A DNA stretch of 64,000 bases from Tubulanus polymorphus (taxonomy: Eukaryota; Animalia; Nemertea): positions 9,208,451 through 9,272,450 of the forward strand of contig NC_134035.1 in NCBI RefSeq assembly GCF_964204645.1, written 5' to 3'. Shown here in pieces: positions 13,241 to 27,800 of this stretch. The notes below the pieces were generated by a model. The model made no database searches. It saw only the letters and a list, made by a program, of their open reading frames with translations, and was not told the origin of the DNA. Within the stretch, counting starts at the first letter, position 1; each line of letters begins with the position of its first letter. The position numbers and the translations under genes are program-made.

Positions 13241-16200
13241 GTTTATCTTTTTCTCCACGTCAGAGTGTTTATATTCTGCCGATGGGATCTTTTGTTTAAC
13301 TAGGGAGGTTGTTTATTCTGAACATATATACGCAAAATTGATGAGGCTTTGAATATCGTGGAATCCTAAATGTCGGTCGTTGCGTGTTCGTATTCTGCAT
13401 TTTGTAACAACAAGGCCTGCCGCGTGAAGCGCAGTGCGGCTTCGTCGAGAGCCTGCGCACGATTCATCTCTTATAGTATGAGAACATCAATTATGAATAG
13501 TTATCGGGGTTTTCTCGTCCATTCCAGTCAGTGGCGTCCTTGACAAAAGGTATCGTTTATGTCAGCTGAATGAAAATGCAAACTATCTTCGCGTGAATTC
13601 AACGATACTTACACCATTTTCGTACAGTAGAAATAATAGGATTGATATGTAATGAATGAACATCATGAAAACGTTACAGTGAAATACCAAAAGAGCGAGA
13701 AATACCCCAAGAGAAATACCACAAGAGAGCGACGTCCCTGGAGTACAGCGGTGTAGCGAAATTGAAAAGATATTTTGGGCGCTGAAACAAAGAAGTTTCC
13801 GCCGTGTTTACTGTTGATAACAGCTTTTTTGAATAGAAACGATTGATGAAAACCCAGCTGCGAGGTGATTTCAGCCGTGAAAAATTATCAATAAATGTAG
13901 AATATTAAATAGTGAGGATTATGAAGTGCGATTGAATCGGGCAGAATTCTATGTTAGAGACCTGTCGCGTCGTGTATAAGAAGCTAAGAAGAACAAATCG
14001 GATTCGGAATTATTACAGAATTCATCGCAGAATATTAGCCACACACGTATTCGCTCTCTCGTTATTTCGCGGATTAATAATCGTTAATTAGAATTAGATG
14101 AAAATGACGTGAAAATGTCGAAATACGTGTATGCGTATGTATATAATATGTATGTGTTACTTATTGTGTGGGTTCGTTCTGAGTTGAGCCGTTTTAGAAT
14201 AAACTGAACGCGTAAGCAAAAATTACGAGTTCAAATGTGTGATATGACATTTTTAGAGCGCGCAATCAAACACAAACAGTTCGATTATTATTAGATTGAA
14301 AACGAAATTATAGATCGTGATATTTCGATTGTAATCCTATTGAAGGTTTTAACTCTGTTATATGGAGATGTTGTGCCTTCGGGCGATGGAATGAATGAAT
14401 CAGGCGACTGATACTGATTCTATACTGATTCTAGAATATCAACCTCTTCGGCTAACTTAAAATCGATGAAGTTTCCCCCGAAAAAGTTATCAACGCGTAA
14501 AACGTTTAACCTTTTTTATATAGAAAGTGGAAGTCGATATATTATTCATCATAGGCGTTTCTCAGTTGAATAAAAGTCATTATAATCCTCAAACAACGAA
14601 GATCAATTAATGTGTGCTGAATAATTTATGGTTAAAGGCCATTTTCTTGTTTTTATTCGTTTCAATGCTTTGAAATTCACTCTAATCGATGAAACAACGC
14701 GTACTATTCTAACCGTCAAATCGGTTGCTTTCGAGTCTGATGAAGGTGAGCGATTCATTAATTTAGATGCAGTTCTGTGTAATGAAATTTGTATTATAAA
14801 CCCCTTCTATCTTGTAATAGTTTATAATAAACCCCTTCTATCCTAGTAGTAGTACTATACTATATATGATGCATTTTCTATGAACTATTTCATTTGGACT
14901 TTCATGGTCTGAAGCAAATAAACAAATAAATAAGTTAATGAAAAATTATATCACCATTTCGTCCTTTTTTCTATCTTCCGGGCCCCGAATCTTTCAGACT
15001 TCGACTTTCGAGATATGAAAACGAACTAGAAACACCAGACATTAGGTATTTACCAAATGTATTTCATCATTCAAAAACTGACAACTTAACTCCTAGGATT
15101 TTGAAAGTTGCGACTGTACGATGACGGGCTTTACTTATCGACTTGTAAATTCATTAACTCCTTAAAAATGAAGATGTTTTTTTTGTGAACGCGTGGGTTA
15201 AAGAAATGAACGAGAGGTCAATACGTCTGCGCTGCCGTCTCCAGACTAATCGGTACACGGGCATTTTTGAGTTATCAATTCGCTTCGATGATCGCGGAGA
15301 AAATTTCGTCTCCGATTCAATATCCGATGGCGAGTTCGAGTTTAAATCGCTCCTATCAGCTTTTTATTCACCGTAATAAAATATGAATTGGAAAACGCGA
15401 GTGAGATAAGCGTAATAACTAGCGGGACTGCAGCAACGTGGGGAAATTATGACATTATGTTCTTATCGACGTTTGAAACTGTTTTCAGCCGTGGTTCCGT
15501 TGATTCATCCCGTTCTACTGCGTAGTAGAAGAAATTAAATTTAAGTGAATTAAAATGTGAAACGCCGAGTGCAACGTTTCCACACCTGACGATAGTCTCC
15601 AGTGACAGAACGAAACGTCGTTCACGTTTTACTTCGTATTTTGAAACTTCTATGCTTGGTTTTGTGTATGTGCGCGCAGCTAGAATATCTAATATCAAGA
15701 TTTCGTGACGCCGTAAAAACCGTTGCAATAATGTTTATATACATTGATACCTAGTATGCGTTGTATAAGGAGTCGAGGTGCACTGTCTGAGTCGAGGTGC
15801 ACTACGTCATCAAAATTGGCGTTTCAAAATAATAATTACAATTGCGAATTTTGGCATTTATTTTGAAATTTAATACATTTCATAACTCTCATTTCGTTTT
15901 AATAAATTTTGATGATTATTTTTGAGAGGATGTGCACTACGTCATCGATATATCGGGGCTAGATTGGTTGCCGGTCAATTCAATTCAATGGGGTACCCGC
16001 AAAACTAGCTATCCCGTTAGATGGCGTGACCAGCAGTAGGTTGCTCGATTTCAAAATAAGTTGCATTGACGACAATATCAAGCAATATGTGTTATTTTTT
16101 AAGGCCTCAATTAAACCATCAAGTTAGTTTTCTCATTACGAAAACAACTGCAGCGACACCGCTTGGAACTAACGAATCTAGGCGCACGCATAATAATTGA

Positions 16201-19200
16201 TGTGCTATGAAGTCAAGGCATCTTGACACCGAGATGCTATAATTGCTTTTTATGCGGATATCAAAGCGAATTTATGGCATTGATCGCTGTTAAATTGAGA
16301 CACAGTCCAAAGCGCTTCTCTATATTCTGAGTGCAATTTCAATTTCCAATTCATTAAGCGTTGCTTCGGAGCGCTGATTTCTCTAGAAGATGTTGACAAA
16401 GCTTCGGCAACAAATCATTATACGGACGTGTTGTCTTAATCTAATTCCATTAAAAGTCGAACTAACACTAAGCGATATAACCGGCTCGACTGAAAACTTC
16501 TCCCATAGATAATCACGATGGAAATCTCGCTGCGGAACTACGTGTGAAAATACGCGGATACGTATACGGCTTTCAAAAGACGAAGTTTGATTAATTTCGC
16601 GGTATTCAGACCATAACGCCTCCGTCTTTCTCTTCGAGGCGGTTAAAGCAACATAATTAGGCAAGGCGCACTGGATCGCGGTTACTGAGGAACTGGATCC
16701 ATGTATGACGGTATAAAAAGGAATCGCTTCCGTATTTGCGGGCTTGATTTGATTAAAATGGCATTCTACGTGACGGATCGACAATAACGCGACTGACCCC
16801 CGGGTCAGATTAGCTCTATTTCGGTAGCGTGCGATGTTCAGGTATATTCTACTCGTCACTGTATTAAACGCGTTATCCTCGACGAGCGTCGTCGAACATT
16901 TGTTTGCGATGTAATTACCGTTTGGCGAAGACAACCGCGTAACAAAAAGACAGTCGACCGCCTCTCCGGAGAGTAAAGACGATAATACGTCCCCGATTAC
17001 CGATAACGCTGTTACTTATCAGCGCGCGACTAGCCGTCCTGCTGGTCGGTAACGTGATTACTTCTCTTGTTTAATCGGGGCTTGAATGCATTTGCAGCCG
17101 GAATTTGCGGCGGCAAACCGCTCGCGGAAAACAACCGCCGGGTCAAGCCCGCAACGCGAGCGTCGCGACGCAGGAAAAAATACGGAAACACGGAATCAAA
17201 CGTGCTTGATCTCGGAAACATTTTTCCCGAAACGGAAGCCCAATGCACACAACGCCAGGAAACAGGGAAACACTGGAACAAATATATTTGATCTCGGAAA
17301 CGTTGTTCCCGAAACAGTGTTTTCCGTTTCTCGTAAAGCCCAACGCCAACGACTCGCGGAAACGCTCGGAAACATGTTTCTGTTTCCTGATTACGTGTTT
17401 CCCAGCTTCGCGTGCTTTGGGCTTTACGCCAATACCCGCGCGGCAAAATACATCGAAATCCGCGCACATCTTCTCGAGTTCAGAGACGAACGGAGTTAAA
17501 AAGTGGCCGCAAGAATTCTACCCTAAAAACACAACTGATATATTCTACTCGGACCCGGCTAATATTCACAGTAGCGCCAATGTTCGGCTTGTTAACACAT
17601 CCCGCGGGAGAGGGCAGTACGGCAACCAATTACAAGCGATACCCGCGAGTACGATTGCTCGATCTAATCAGGAGAACAGATTTACACCACATTTACTGAA
17701 TTCGTTATGCAATTAATGTCAACATCGGCCACTAGTGCTAACGTAACGTCCCAGGTGAGATGATAGCGCGGGAGCGAGTGTGGCTGATCTGATCAAATGT
17801 TGATCCGCCCTCGTAACGATCCGTCCACGGATTATATCAATTTACGACAACTTGTCCGAGTCAGCGGCCGACTTCATTATACGACTGGTCACATGTCATA
17901 CGTACGAGTCGTTGAGTAATCAGGGATCCATTCCTTCTAAAAATCAGCTCCAGGATAGTAGGGCGATATTCCAAAAATGCTTCTTTGAAGACGATTTATG
18001 CGCTCGATCGGGGAATGGTTCAATAAAATGTAATTTTCATACAAAAGATCGGCGTCTATGTAAAACGGGACCATACCAGTCGAAGATCTATGGCGGCTGA
18101 TTCGCGACATATCGATATTTTCTTTCGACCTACAAATAATCAACGCGAAAAAACAAATCTTTAGAGCGCACAAAAACACATATACATATTATATTCGAAC
18201 GAAAAATATTTCAATCATTCCCACGAAAAGAAAATATTTTTCACACGTCGTGTCCCCTCCGGGGCTCCGTAAAATGGAGAGCATGCATGTAAAATTTTCA
18301 GAATTGAACTAACTCCGCAAATTAACATTATTCAACAGGGAAAATACATCGTAATTTCAAACAATTTCCGACAGAATCCACGCAAGGATGTAGAATAGAA
18401 TTGTATTGTCGCTAGTTAAGGTTTTACCTCACTGAGGGATGGGTATGAATTACTTTCTTTTGAATCGTAAGTTAATTTTTTTAAATGAAATGATACCGTC
18501 TTTCTTTAGTTTCACTCGCGATCATTATCATGTTCACGATCGTCGGCGCATATTCGTGAATTCGAATTGCGAAACTGAAACAAAACAAAACAAATTCAAA
18601 ACTTCATCGAGGTTATCGATATCATTTGGAGACGAACGCGAGAATGTCTCGCCTTGTATTCCCACTGCCTTGTTGGACCTACGAGCAATTATCTGAACTA
18701 TTTAACTATTTGAACGAGCAATTATTTAGATAATTGCTCGTAGGTTGGACATTGCAGCCTGCCGTCGCCTGATATATATGGCCTCACACAGAAGCAAGCA
18801 CTGGGTGAATTCGTTGACAAAGCCGCATTTTTCACCGAGTAATTAAAACTCAAGCTGTAATTTACATGCACTATAGTAGCGAAAGCTCGTGATTTGATAA
18901 AATCATTTACCCATGTTATATACTCTTTTTCGTTTATTAGATATATTTAACAGTGTAGGTTTTCTATTGTTTTTAAAGGTTGAAGCTGGGTTCCAACCTA
19001 GGATCGCCCGGTCCGGCCTGTTTTATGCCCAAGCGGATCACTCGGGACCCTCGTCACGGATTCGAATCTTGGACACCACGGTTAATCCCCGCTTCAGTAA
19101 CCGGGCCACTTAAAGTAAAATAATTTCTTCTGGTCAATAGTTGTGCTTCCAAGTTGTGCGTCCACATGTTCACAGCGGCAACATTGGACGGTTAAAATCT

Positions 19201-19475
19201 GGAGCTGATTGAAAACCGCGGTGGCATGCGAGTAATATGATAGTTCACACTTTCACCGCTAATGGTTTGTAGAGCAGCAGCATGTTACGGAAGAAATCAC
19301 ACGCAGATCGATATTCCTACTCTAGCACGCGAGTAAGGAAATTAATTACTCGCTTGCCGCAGAAGGAATATGCCCAATCTAGTTAGTTCATATATTCAAC
19401 GCTTATAGAATATATAGCGGCAGCACTTGACGGTTATCGACAAAATATTCGTATCTGTATTCGACAAAATGATGA

Positions 19476-19616
19476 TTCAGCCTTGTAATGTAGCTATTTC
19501 CAAAATCTCGATGTATGAAATTAGGCAGCCAAGAAAATTCACCCCAACCAGTCGAGTTTCGATGGAATTAGAGAGCAAAAAACATTGAACCCAATCAGTC
19601 ACTTGCCGGTTCAGAC
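19476..19616 (+). repeat. 5' part of dispersed repeat family 'R1', split by the MULE (3' part at 34069-34290)
   Basis: Matches reverse complement of 28792-28870 (TTCAGCCTTGTAAT.. and CCCAATCAG..CTTGCCGGTTCAGAC). Confidence 0.8.
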
Positions 19617-20420
19617 GCAAAATGTACCATGTTGATAGAGAATTGCTCAGTGTTTGGTACAGTACATAGCTAATATACAAAACAATATAACGGCATTTTA
19701 AGGGTCCAGAGGGCAAGGTCCAGCGGGTCAAGAGGGTAAGGGTTAGGGTCTAGAGGGTTTAGGGTAAGGTGAAGGGTTAGAGTAAGTTGTCAACTCTAGT
19801 CATCACTTATAAATACCTAATCAACATTTTTGAGATAGTTCAGAAAGTCCAGTCCAGTTCAGTTCAGATCAGATCAGAACAGGGCCGACCTGCGAGTCGT
19901 GAGCTCCGGATACTATAACGAAAAGGCCGACCTGCGAGTCGCGAGCTTTGACATACATCAATAAATAATATTCACGACAGGTCATCGAAAATATACTAGT
20001 TAGTATTTTCCTCGTCTGGATTCGGATTTTAAGAGACGTTCGACAAAGGATCGCTTCCGATAGTAGAGCACGCCTCTTAAATAGTCTCTCTAAAACATAC
20101 GCACGGTATCAACTGGTCGACCAGCACGAAAGGACACCTTTCTGCTGATCGTGGAATTGGACGAAAACACAGTTTAGGTATATTCGTTTCGGATTCCCTA
20201 CAACCGTTTTTTGTTTGTGGAACGACGGCTAGGTACTATAGACTATCATGGACGTAAAGTAGTTTATACGTCCATATGAGTTTATCAAATGTTCCACTGC
20301 CAGGTTGAATACGCGCCTCTGTACCCAGCTCAACGATATCGAATTCCTGAGTCCCACGTCTTTGCGGTCCCAGATCCGACGCGAGTGGATTGAGTGCATG
20401 ATCGAATAATAAAACCCCGG

Positions 20421-20700
20421 CAATAGACAGATTTAAATTCATAAAAAATCTTATTCAATTGAGTGGAGACATATTAGGCTTTTTAGATTACTTGCAGCAG
20501 CGTGGATCCTCTGGAAATTTTGCCAACAACTTCATTACGCTTACCACTCATAATTTGAAAAAACCCAAATTTCTTTCTTTAATTATGATACTGGATTAAA
20601 CGGTACATCATCATGTAAATCCAGGAGTCCATATTAAGAATTTCGTTCTTTGTTTTCAGTCTTAAAATGATAGTATCTGTTTTTCTCCAAAGTATTTTAA
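20421..20700 (+). repeat. ~280-bp direct repeat, second copy at 33543-33820
   Basis: CAATAGACAGATTT..AATTGAGTGGAGACATATTAGGCTTTTTAGATTACTTGCAGC..GTCTTAAAATGATAGTATCTG in both copies. Confidence 0.9.
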
Positions 20701-23700
20701 AGCCTGTTTGGTCAACGGATGGCTATAGTGACAATCAAAAAGATTGCTGATTTCACAATACTCTTCGGCAGCTAAATACTTGCTTCTAACCGGTCAACTA
20801 GTGTCAGTGCGTCCGGTTTAAGCTGTATTGCCATTGATATAATCGCATCATCATGTTTTCCGCACATCCTCGTCTCCGGACAATGCTGGTGGAAATATTG
20901 GGTTGAAAAAAGAGGTGGATTGCAATAAAACCACTGACTGGTCAACTAACAAAGTTCAGAATAGCTAATTAACTAAACAAATAAAATAAAGAATTTCAAA
21001 CAAACATATTTATTATCATACAACAATTATACAAAATGCCAGGTATGTGCTCGAGGAATTATAACGTACGTTCCTCAAACACGTGGACTGTATTTCAAAA
21101 ACAGTCCAACCATGGACGCATAAACTATAAACTAGAGTTTATACAACCATGGTCCAACCATAGACTCTAAAACGGAAATGTCTATGGGCCACAACCATGG
21201 GCTCTAAACTGTAAGAGTCCATGGCTCCCCGCACTAAAACCAGAGGTAAACCTGGCCAATTACCCTGGAAAGCATAAGATTTAATGTTGAATCAATCTGA
21301 TTTACATTTTTACTCTTAAAAGTTGACCCGGCCAGCCGCCTATCTACCTTATAGGTGTTACTTTAAAATCATGATCAAGCTAACCATAACAGATTCGGCA
21401 GTTATAGAGATTAACTGATTACAAATATCATTGTTATTTACAAAATGACAGCTGGCCGATCAGGAAAAACAAGGTATAATTTTTAGCCTTATGATGAGCT
21501 ATCCAAAAAATAAGATTACCGCACTAGCCTTTAACATCACAATTGCTACTGCAAGGTTTTTCAAGGTTTTTATTCACCAAAAACATTTCGACAACAACTG
21601 ATTCAGAAAATTTGAATCAATAGGATAATAATAAAATAACAACGAATTGTAAACTTTGATCCATAAAACACAATTGGGACCAGTCTGAATGTCTAAGACT
21701 ATTAATTTGACAATTCATGAAGTCACCAGGCATAAGTGACATTTGGCTATTTCATGAAATATGAAGCATTTTACCATATCAACTCTTCAATATGACAATG
21801 TAAGATATATTTAGAATACTCTGTTTATGTATCATCAATCATCAAAGAACTACATAACATATCTCCAACATATAAACATTAAAACTCCATAAATCCACAA
21901 ATTCGCTCTCTCAAATAATCAATCTCTAATTTCATTTCATTAAACATTATTCTTAAAAGAAAACCGAAATTTCGCAAACTTTGCTTTGTATTTTAGGAAT
22001 TGTAAGTTACTCGTTAACACATGAGTGAACTGTATTCGAAAAACAGTTCAACATAAAAGCATTAAAACTAATAATACCTACAGATTCAAACTGGAAAGCT
22101 TGAGATTAACTAATCAATCTTAATTTTTTCATGTCCATAAACATTATTTTACAAGATAACTAGAGTTTTAAGTAAGATAGCTAGAGTTTTGCCAACCTTG
22201 CCTGAGGTTTTCAAACATTATCAATGTTATTTTCTCAACATTGTTATGTTTAATGCAAAGTATTTTGAAGGTGTTTTCAATTAAGATATATTGAGTATCA
22301 TCGTATAGATATTTCATCTATCCATGTAAATTACAAATAACAGATCACTGAGATATCTACAATTAAGCTGATTTCGATAACTTTTTCGCGATCGGAAATG
22401 CATCACGCGCAGATTTGAATCGGGCCCCATATATTGTAAAACTGACAATATAGCTATCAAAACATAGCTAGGACAATTTACTAATCAACACTGTTCATAT
22501 TTCCTCATTTATAGAAAAGAATGCTCCTCTTCATTCGATAGGACCTCAGTTTGATGGTTGCTATAAACCTAACTAAACAGTCGAAAAATTTTAAGATGAA
22601 TAATGAACACGTATGTGTCGTTTTATTCTCATGACAAAACCTTGCTAAATGACAGGTATTTACGTACTCGTGGAATTATCATGTAAGTTCCTTGTTAACA
22701 AATGGACTGTATTTTAATAGTTCGACAGTTCGACATAAAAGCATTTAAACAAGAGACAAAACCTACAAAGTCCTGCTTCCGCTGTCCCTCGTCTTAACTT
22801 ATGATTTTCAAACATTATCAGTTCGCTCATCTAATACATTTAATACAAAGTTATTTGAAAACATGACAATAATTTTACTATCGATAACTAATCACGTTTA
22901 AAGCTGTTTAACATTCTTTCTAAAAAAGAGTAAAATGTAAAATCTCCCAGATATTATCCCTAAAACAATCAACAGTAACAGCAGTGACAGGGTGTGCTAT
23001 AGGTAAAAGGGCAGGTGATCTTTCATCAGTTATTTGAAGCATTCTATCAAATCAGTTATTTTTTTAGTATGTTTGGTTTAATTAAGGTTTATGGTTATTT
23101 GTTTTGTTTATTACTAACTGTCCGATAGAATGCTTAAAACAACAATAGAAATGATCATAAGAGGTTGGGAAACTCTAGAGAAGGTTGTTCCATGTGAAGA
23201 AGAACCTTTAATGATTAGGTTAAGTTAATTAAAAAAATTCCTGATGATGATTATAATTATAGAAGTTAACTAATTGTTTGTTCGTTTTTGTTTATTTTTA
23301 TTATTACTTATGATTTTATTTGTTTTTTTTTTAAATATTTATTTTGTTATGTATTTTTTATTCATTGTTTTTTTATTTATTTACTTCTTTAATTATGTTC
23401 TATGTATTTTGTATTTTGTACTATTTTTTACTATTGACATCATCAGGAATGTCTTACCGGTGGAAATATGGGCTCACTTTAAAAAAGTGCTACAAATTCA
23501 CTGCTGCTCCTAAATAATCGTTTATCATTAAAAACCCCGATTTGGAGTTAAGCGATCATTGAAAGCAACTCAACCTTATGATATGGATGATGATGAGAGA
23601 AGTTAAAACAGCTATAAACAGAATTAAAACGATCAAAATTATTGCTGGCCATTATCATTTATTCCTTTATATCACATTATTCCTAGCTATACCTCTCTTA

Positions 23701-24286
23701 TACCTCTGTGGATACAATGTACTAAGATACAAGTTTTCATATACCTAGCTATGATCATCTACATGGAAGCTCAATGCTAAAACCCTGTGAAAATCGAGAT
23801 ATTCTACTCATTAGTCAAATCGCTTTTATGGGCATTGGAAAAAAAATATGGCATCAACAAATACAACACTTTGGTATATAAACTTAGTATTTGTACACAG
23901 AACACTGCCGAACATTATAGTCTATGTTTTTCTTAACTACGTGATGATATTCAAGGGCGTAGCCAGTCTATACTGAAGGCCCACTTTTTGGCCAAGGAAT
24001 CATTTTCAAAACATCTTTATTCAAAGCCCATAAACTTGCTGGGCGAGTTTAACTAATCAGGTATCAACTTCCTTTATTGCGTTTAAAAGTTTCAACCGTT
24101 TAACTGACTACCCTCTCCCTTTTGAACATTCAGGCTATGCAAATCATTTTCACTCTCAGGAAATATAAAATGAATCACTGTTTCTAAGAGACCAAATTAT
24201 GTCATTATTACAAATCATGCAAAGCTATGTTTAACTAAGTATGAAGATTATCTGAACTATCCTGTTGATATCATATCTCAGTTTAG

Positions 24287-24480
24287 GTGTATTTCAACGG
24301 ACCTCCGTCGAACCGTAACGCTGAATGCGATCAATACCATGAATTAATGGAGCGTAGATTTCATGAGACTCCAAGAAGGAACTTTCTGTCACATTACAAA
24401 GGACATGACACATCTGTTTACAAATCGAAAACAGTTTGCCTAATCAATATGAAAGAATTAGGATGCCATTTTATTGAAAT
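24287..24480 (+). pseudogene. Possible decayed DNA-transposase C-terminal fragment
   Basis: YFNGPP...ELMERRF...RNF...YKSKTV recalls the NGP..(H/N)F..SKVV tail of hAT-like transposases; from memory, not searched. Confidence 0.3.
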
Positions 24481-24899
24481 ATTCAAATATGAATAGTTCC
24501 TTCTCAGGCCCAGAGCCCTAATTATCGAACCTCAATTTTCATTAATCAACATTAAAACTATTTCTTTATTTCCGCCTCTTCAAAAAGACAGTGCATTTTA
24601 AGACGCATTTTGAAACCCATGTTACACATCAGACTGGTTTGTAAAAAGGTAATACACAAAATAAATCAATACTTTACATATTCTACTGACGTTGCTGCTC
24701 CTGAACAAGTGTTTATAAGATACGCATTGTCTGTGCTGCTCCTGAATAAATGTTCACAATATATATACATTGTCTCTGCTGCTCCTGATTAATTGTTTTT
24801 ATATAACACACGCATTGTCTCTGCTCCACCTGTAGAAGAAATCTGTCATTGGGCGATAAACCGCTGCTGGCTGAATTTCTCATCTGGACTTCTAGGCCT

Positions 24900-27800
24900 A
24901 CGCAGTTGAATTCAAGTTGGACTCTTCTGTGGTAGTTGATGATTTCAATTCAAGTTAGAATCTTCTGTTGGCAGTTTTAATCAGTAGATTCTAGATAACG
25001 AGTTGATCTCAGGCTGAGCTTCTTCTTATAGATGTGATTTAGCTGAAATTAATAAAAGAAGATATCCTGTAACTATACAATATCTTACAATATACACAAT
25101 TTTTCATATAGCATTAATCATAATAAATTCCATGTAAATCAACTTACCTTTCAAGATAACTGGATTTAGTGTCGGCTAGGAGTTCTAAGTTAGTTGATTA
25201 GTAAAATTCAAGGTGCATTCTTCTGTTGTCTGTTCTAATCAGTAGATTCGAGATGGTTAGTTGATCTTAGTATGGACTTTTTCTTATAGATGTGATGTAG
25301 CTGAAATGCACAAAAGGAGATATCCTGTAATCACACAATATTTCATACAGCATTAATGAAAATGGATTCCATGTGAATCAACTTACCTTTCAAGTCGGTT
25401 CATGAGTTAAATTCGTTCTGTGGTAGTTGATGATTTCAATTCAAGTTGGAATATTCTGTTGGCTATTCGAATCAGTAGATTTTTGACTAGTTAAATCTTA
25501 GGCATTTTCTTATAGATGTGATTTAGCTGAAATGAATAAAAGAAGATATCCTGTAATTAGACAATATCTTACAATACACACAATTCTTCATATAGCTTTA
25601 ATCATACTAAATTCCATGTAAATCAATTTACCTTTTAAGATAACTGGGTTTCGTGTCGGCTAGGAGTTCTAAGTTAGTAAAATTCAAGGTGCATTCTTCT
25701 GTTGTCTGTTCTAATCAGTAGATTCTAGATGGTTAGTTGATCTTAGTATGGGCTTTTCCTTATAGATGTGATTTAGCTGAAATGCACAAAAGGAGATATC
25801 CTGTATTCACACAATATTTCATATAGCATTAATGATAATAGATTCCATGTGAATCAACATACCTTTCAAGATTGCTGCGTTAAGTATCGGCTAGGATCGT
25901 CTAAGTCGGTTCATGAGTTAAATTCGTTCTGTGGTAGTTGGTGATTTCAATTCAAGTTGGAATATTCTGTTGGCTATTCGAATCAGTACATGTTTGACTA
26001 GTTAAACTTTGGCTGAGCATTATCTTATAGATGTAATTTAGCTGAAATGAATAAAAGAAGATATCCTGTAATTATACAATATCTTACAATATACACTATT
26101 TTTCATATAGCATTAATCATAATAAATTCCATGTAAATCAATTTACCTTTCAAGATAACTGGGTTTAGTGTTGACTAGGAGTTCTAGGTTGGTTCTAAGT
26201 TCAAGTTGCATTCTTCTGTCGACTGTTTTAATCAGTAGATTCTAGATGGTTAGTTGATCTTAGTATGGGCTTTTTCTTATAGATGTGATTTGTGATAACT
26301 GGGTTTAGTGTCGGCTAGGATTGTCTAAGTCTGTTCTCTAATCGGCAGATTTTAAACGAGTTGTTGACCTCAAGCGCGGCAGTTTCATATAGATATTATT
26401 TAGCTGAAACGAGTAAACAAAGATATCCTGTAAATACAAATATTTCATTCAGAATTAATCGTAATAATTTCATGTATATCAACTTACCTTTAACGATTGC
26501 TAGGTTCGGTATTGGCTTGGATACTCGGTGTGTTAGGACATTAGTTTCGAACCCCAACTGCCTAATTATTTGTTGTAGTAGTAGCATTCGTTCATCACTG
26601 TTCAAGATTAATGACGGACCGGATATATATCAGATCAGCAATGTGGACCGGTGCATAGATTTTGGTAATTAAATGCCTCTTCTTTGCGCTGTTCTCTAAT
26701 CGGCAGATTTCAAACGAGTTGTTGATCTCAAGCGCGGCTGGTTCATATAGATAGGATAAAGCTTAAACAGTTAACAAAGATATCCTGAAAATACAAATAT
26801 TTCATTCAGAATTAATCGTAACTAGTGGAAAGCCCGTGGAAACCACGGGTGATTTCTAAATGAAGAACTTCCCACTTATTATTTCGTTGCATGTTGATTG
26901 AGTATTTGGGCATTTCAAAGTGGCCTCATTTATGTGGTGTGATCAGCTGTGCCCATATAGAGACCATACGGGATCTCAGGACTCACTTGAGCTTCTTCCC
27001 ATGGAGGCCCAAGGTTACAGAACTATAGATAGAAACAAATATGTAAAGTACCGATATGATCATTTCATAATGTATGAATTTCATGACCCGGCAGCTGGGT
27101 CACAAAGGCAACAGTAGCTCGTACTGTATCAACAGTGACAACAGTGGCTGTCTCTAGTCAGTGGCTATGCCAGCAGACCCATGCACCCTCTGTGAACAGT
27201 AGGAGAGACTACAAAAATTTGGAAAGTGAATAATTTTGAATGGAAACCATGCCCAAGCGATAAAAGACGTCGAGATCTACCGCCGGGCAAATTTTCAGGG
27301 CAATACATCCAGTAACGATGGAGCAGTCGGTGCAACAATTCAGTATCATTATATAAGATAATTTCATGTATATCAACTTACCTTTTATTATTGCTTTGTT
27401 CGCTATCGGCGAGGATCTCCTAAGTTGGTTGGTTGATGTTGAGATCAATTCAAATGGCCCCTTCAGTGTGCTGTTCTCTAATCGGCAGATTTTAAACGAG
27501 TTGTTGATCTCATGAGCGGCAGTTTCATATAGATAGGATTTAGCTGAAAATGAGTAAACAAAGATATCCTGTAAATACAGATATTTCATTCAGAATTCAG
27601 GCCCCTTCTGTGCGCTGTTCTCTAATCGGTAGATTTTAGATGAGTTGTTGACCTCAAGCGCTCGTTTGACTTTGTAGCCGGGTCACATCGTACTGTATCA
27701 ACTGTGACAACAGTGGCTATCTCTAGTCAGTGGCTATGCCAGCAGACCCATGCGCCCTCTGTTTACAGTAGGAGAGACTACAAAAATTTTGCAAATGGCG

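Noticed and set aside
16383-17716. Cluster of 100-180-aa overlapping ORFs on both strands
   Set aside because: No recognisable domain or splice structure; expected from locally high GC and short repeats.
23274-23513. Membrane-protein-like F/L/Y-rich ORF
   Set aside because: Translation of a T-rich low-complexity tract.
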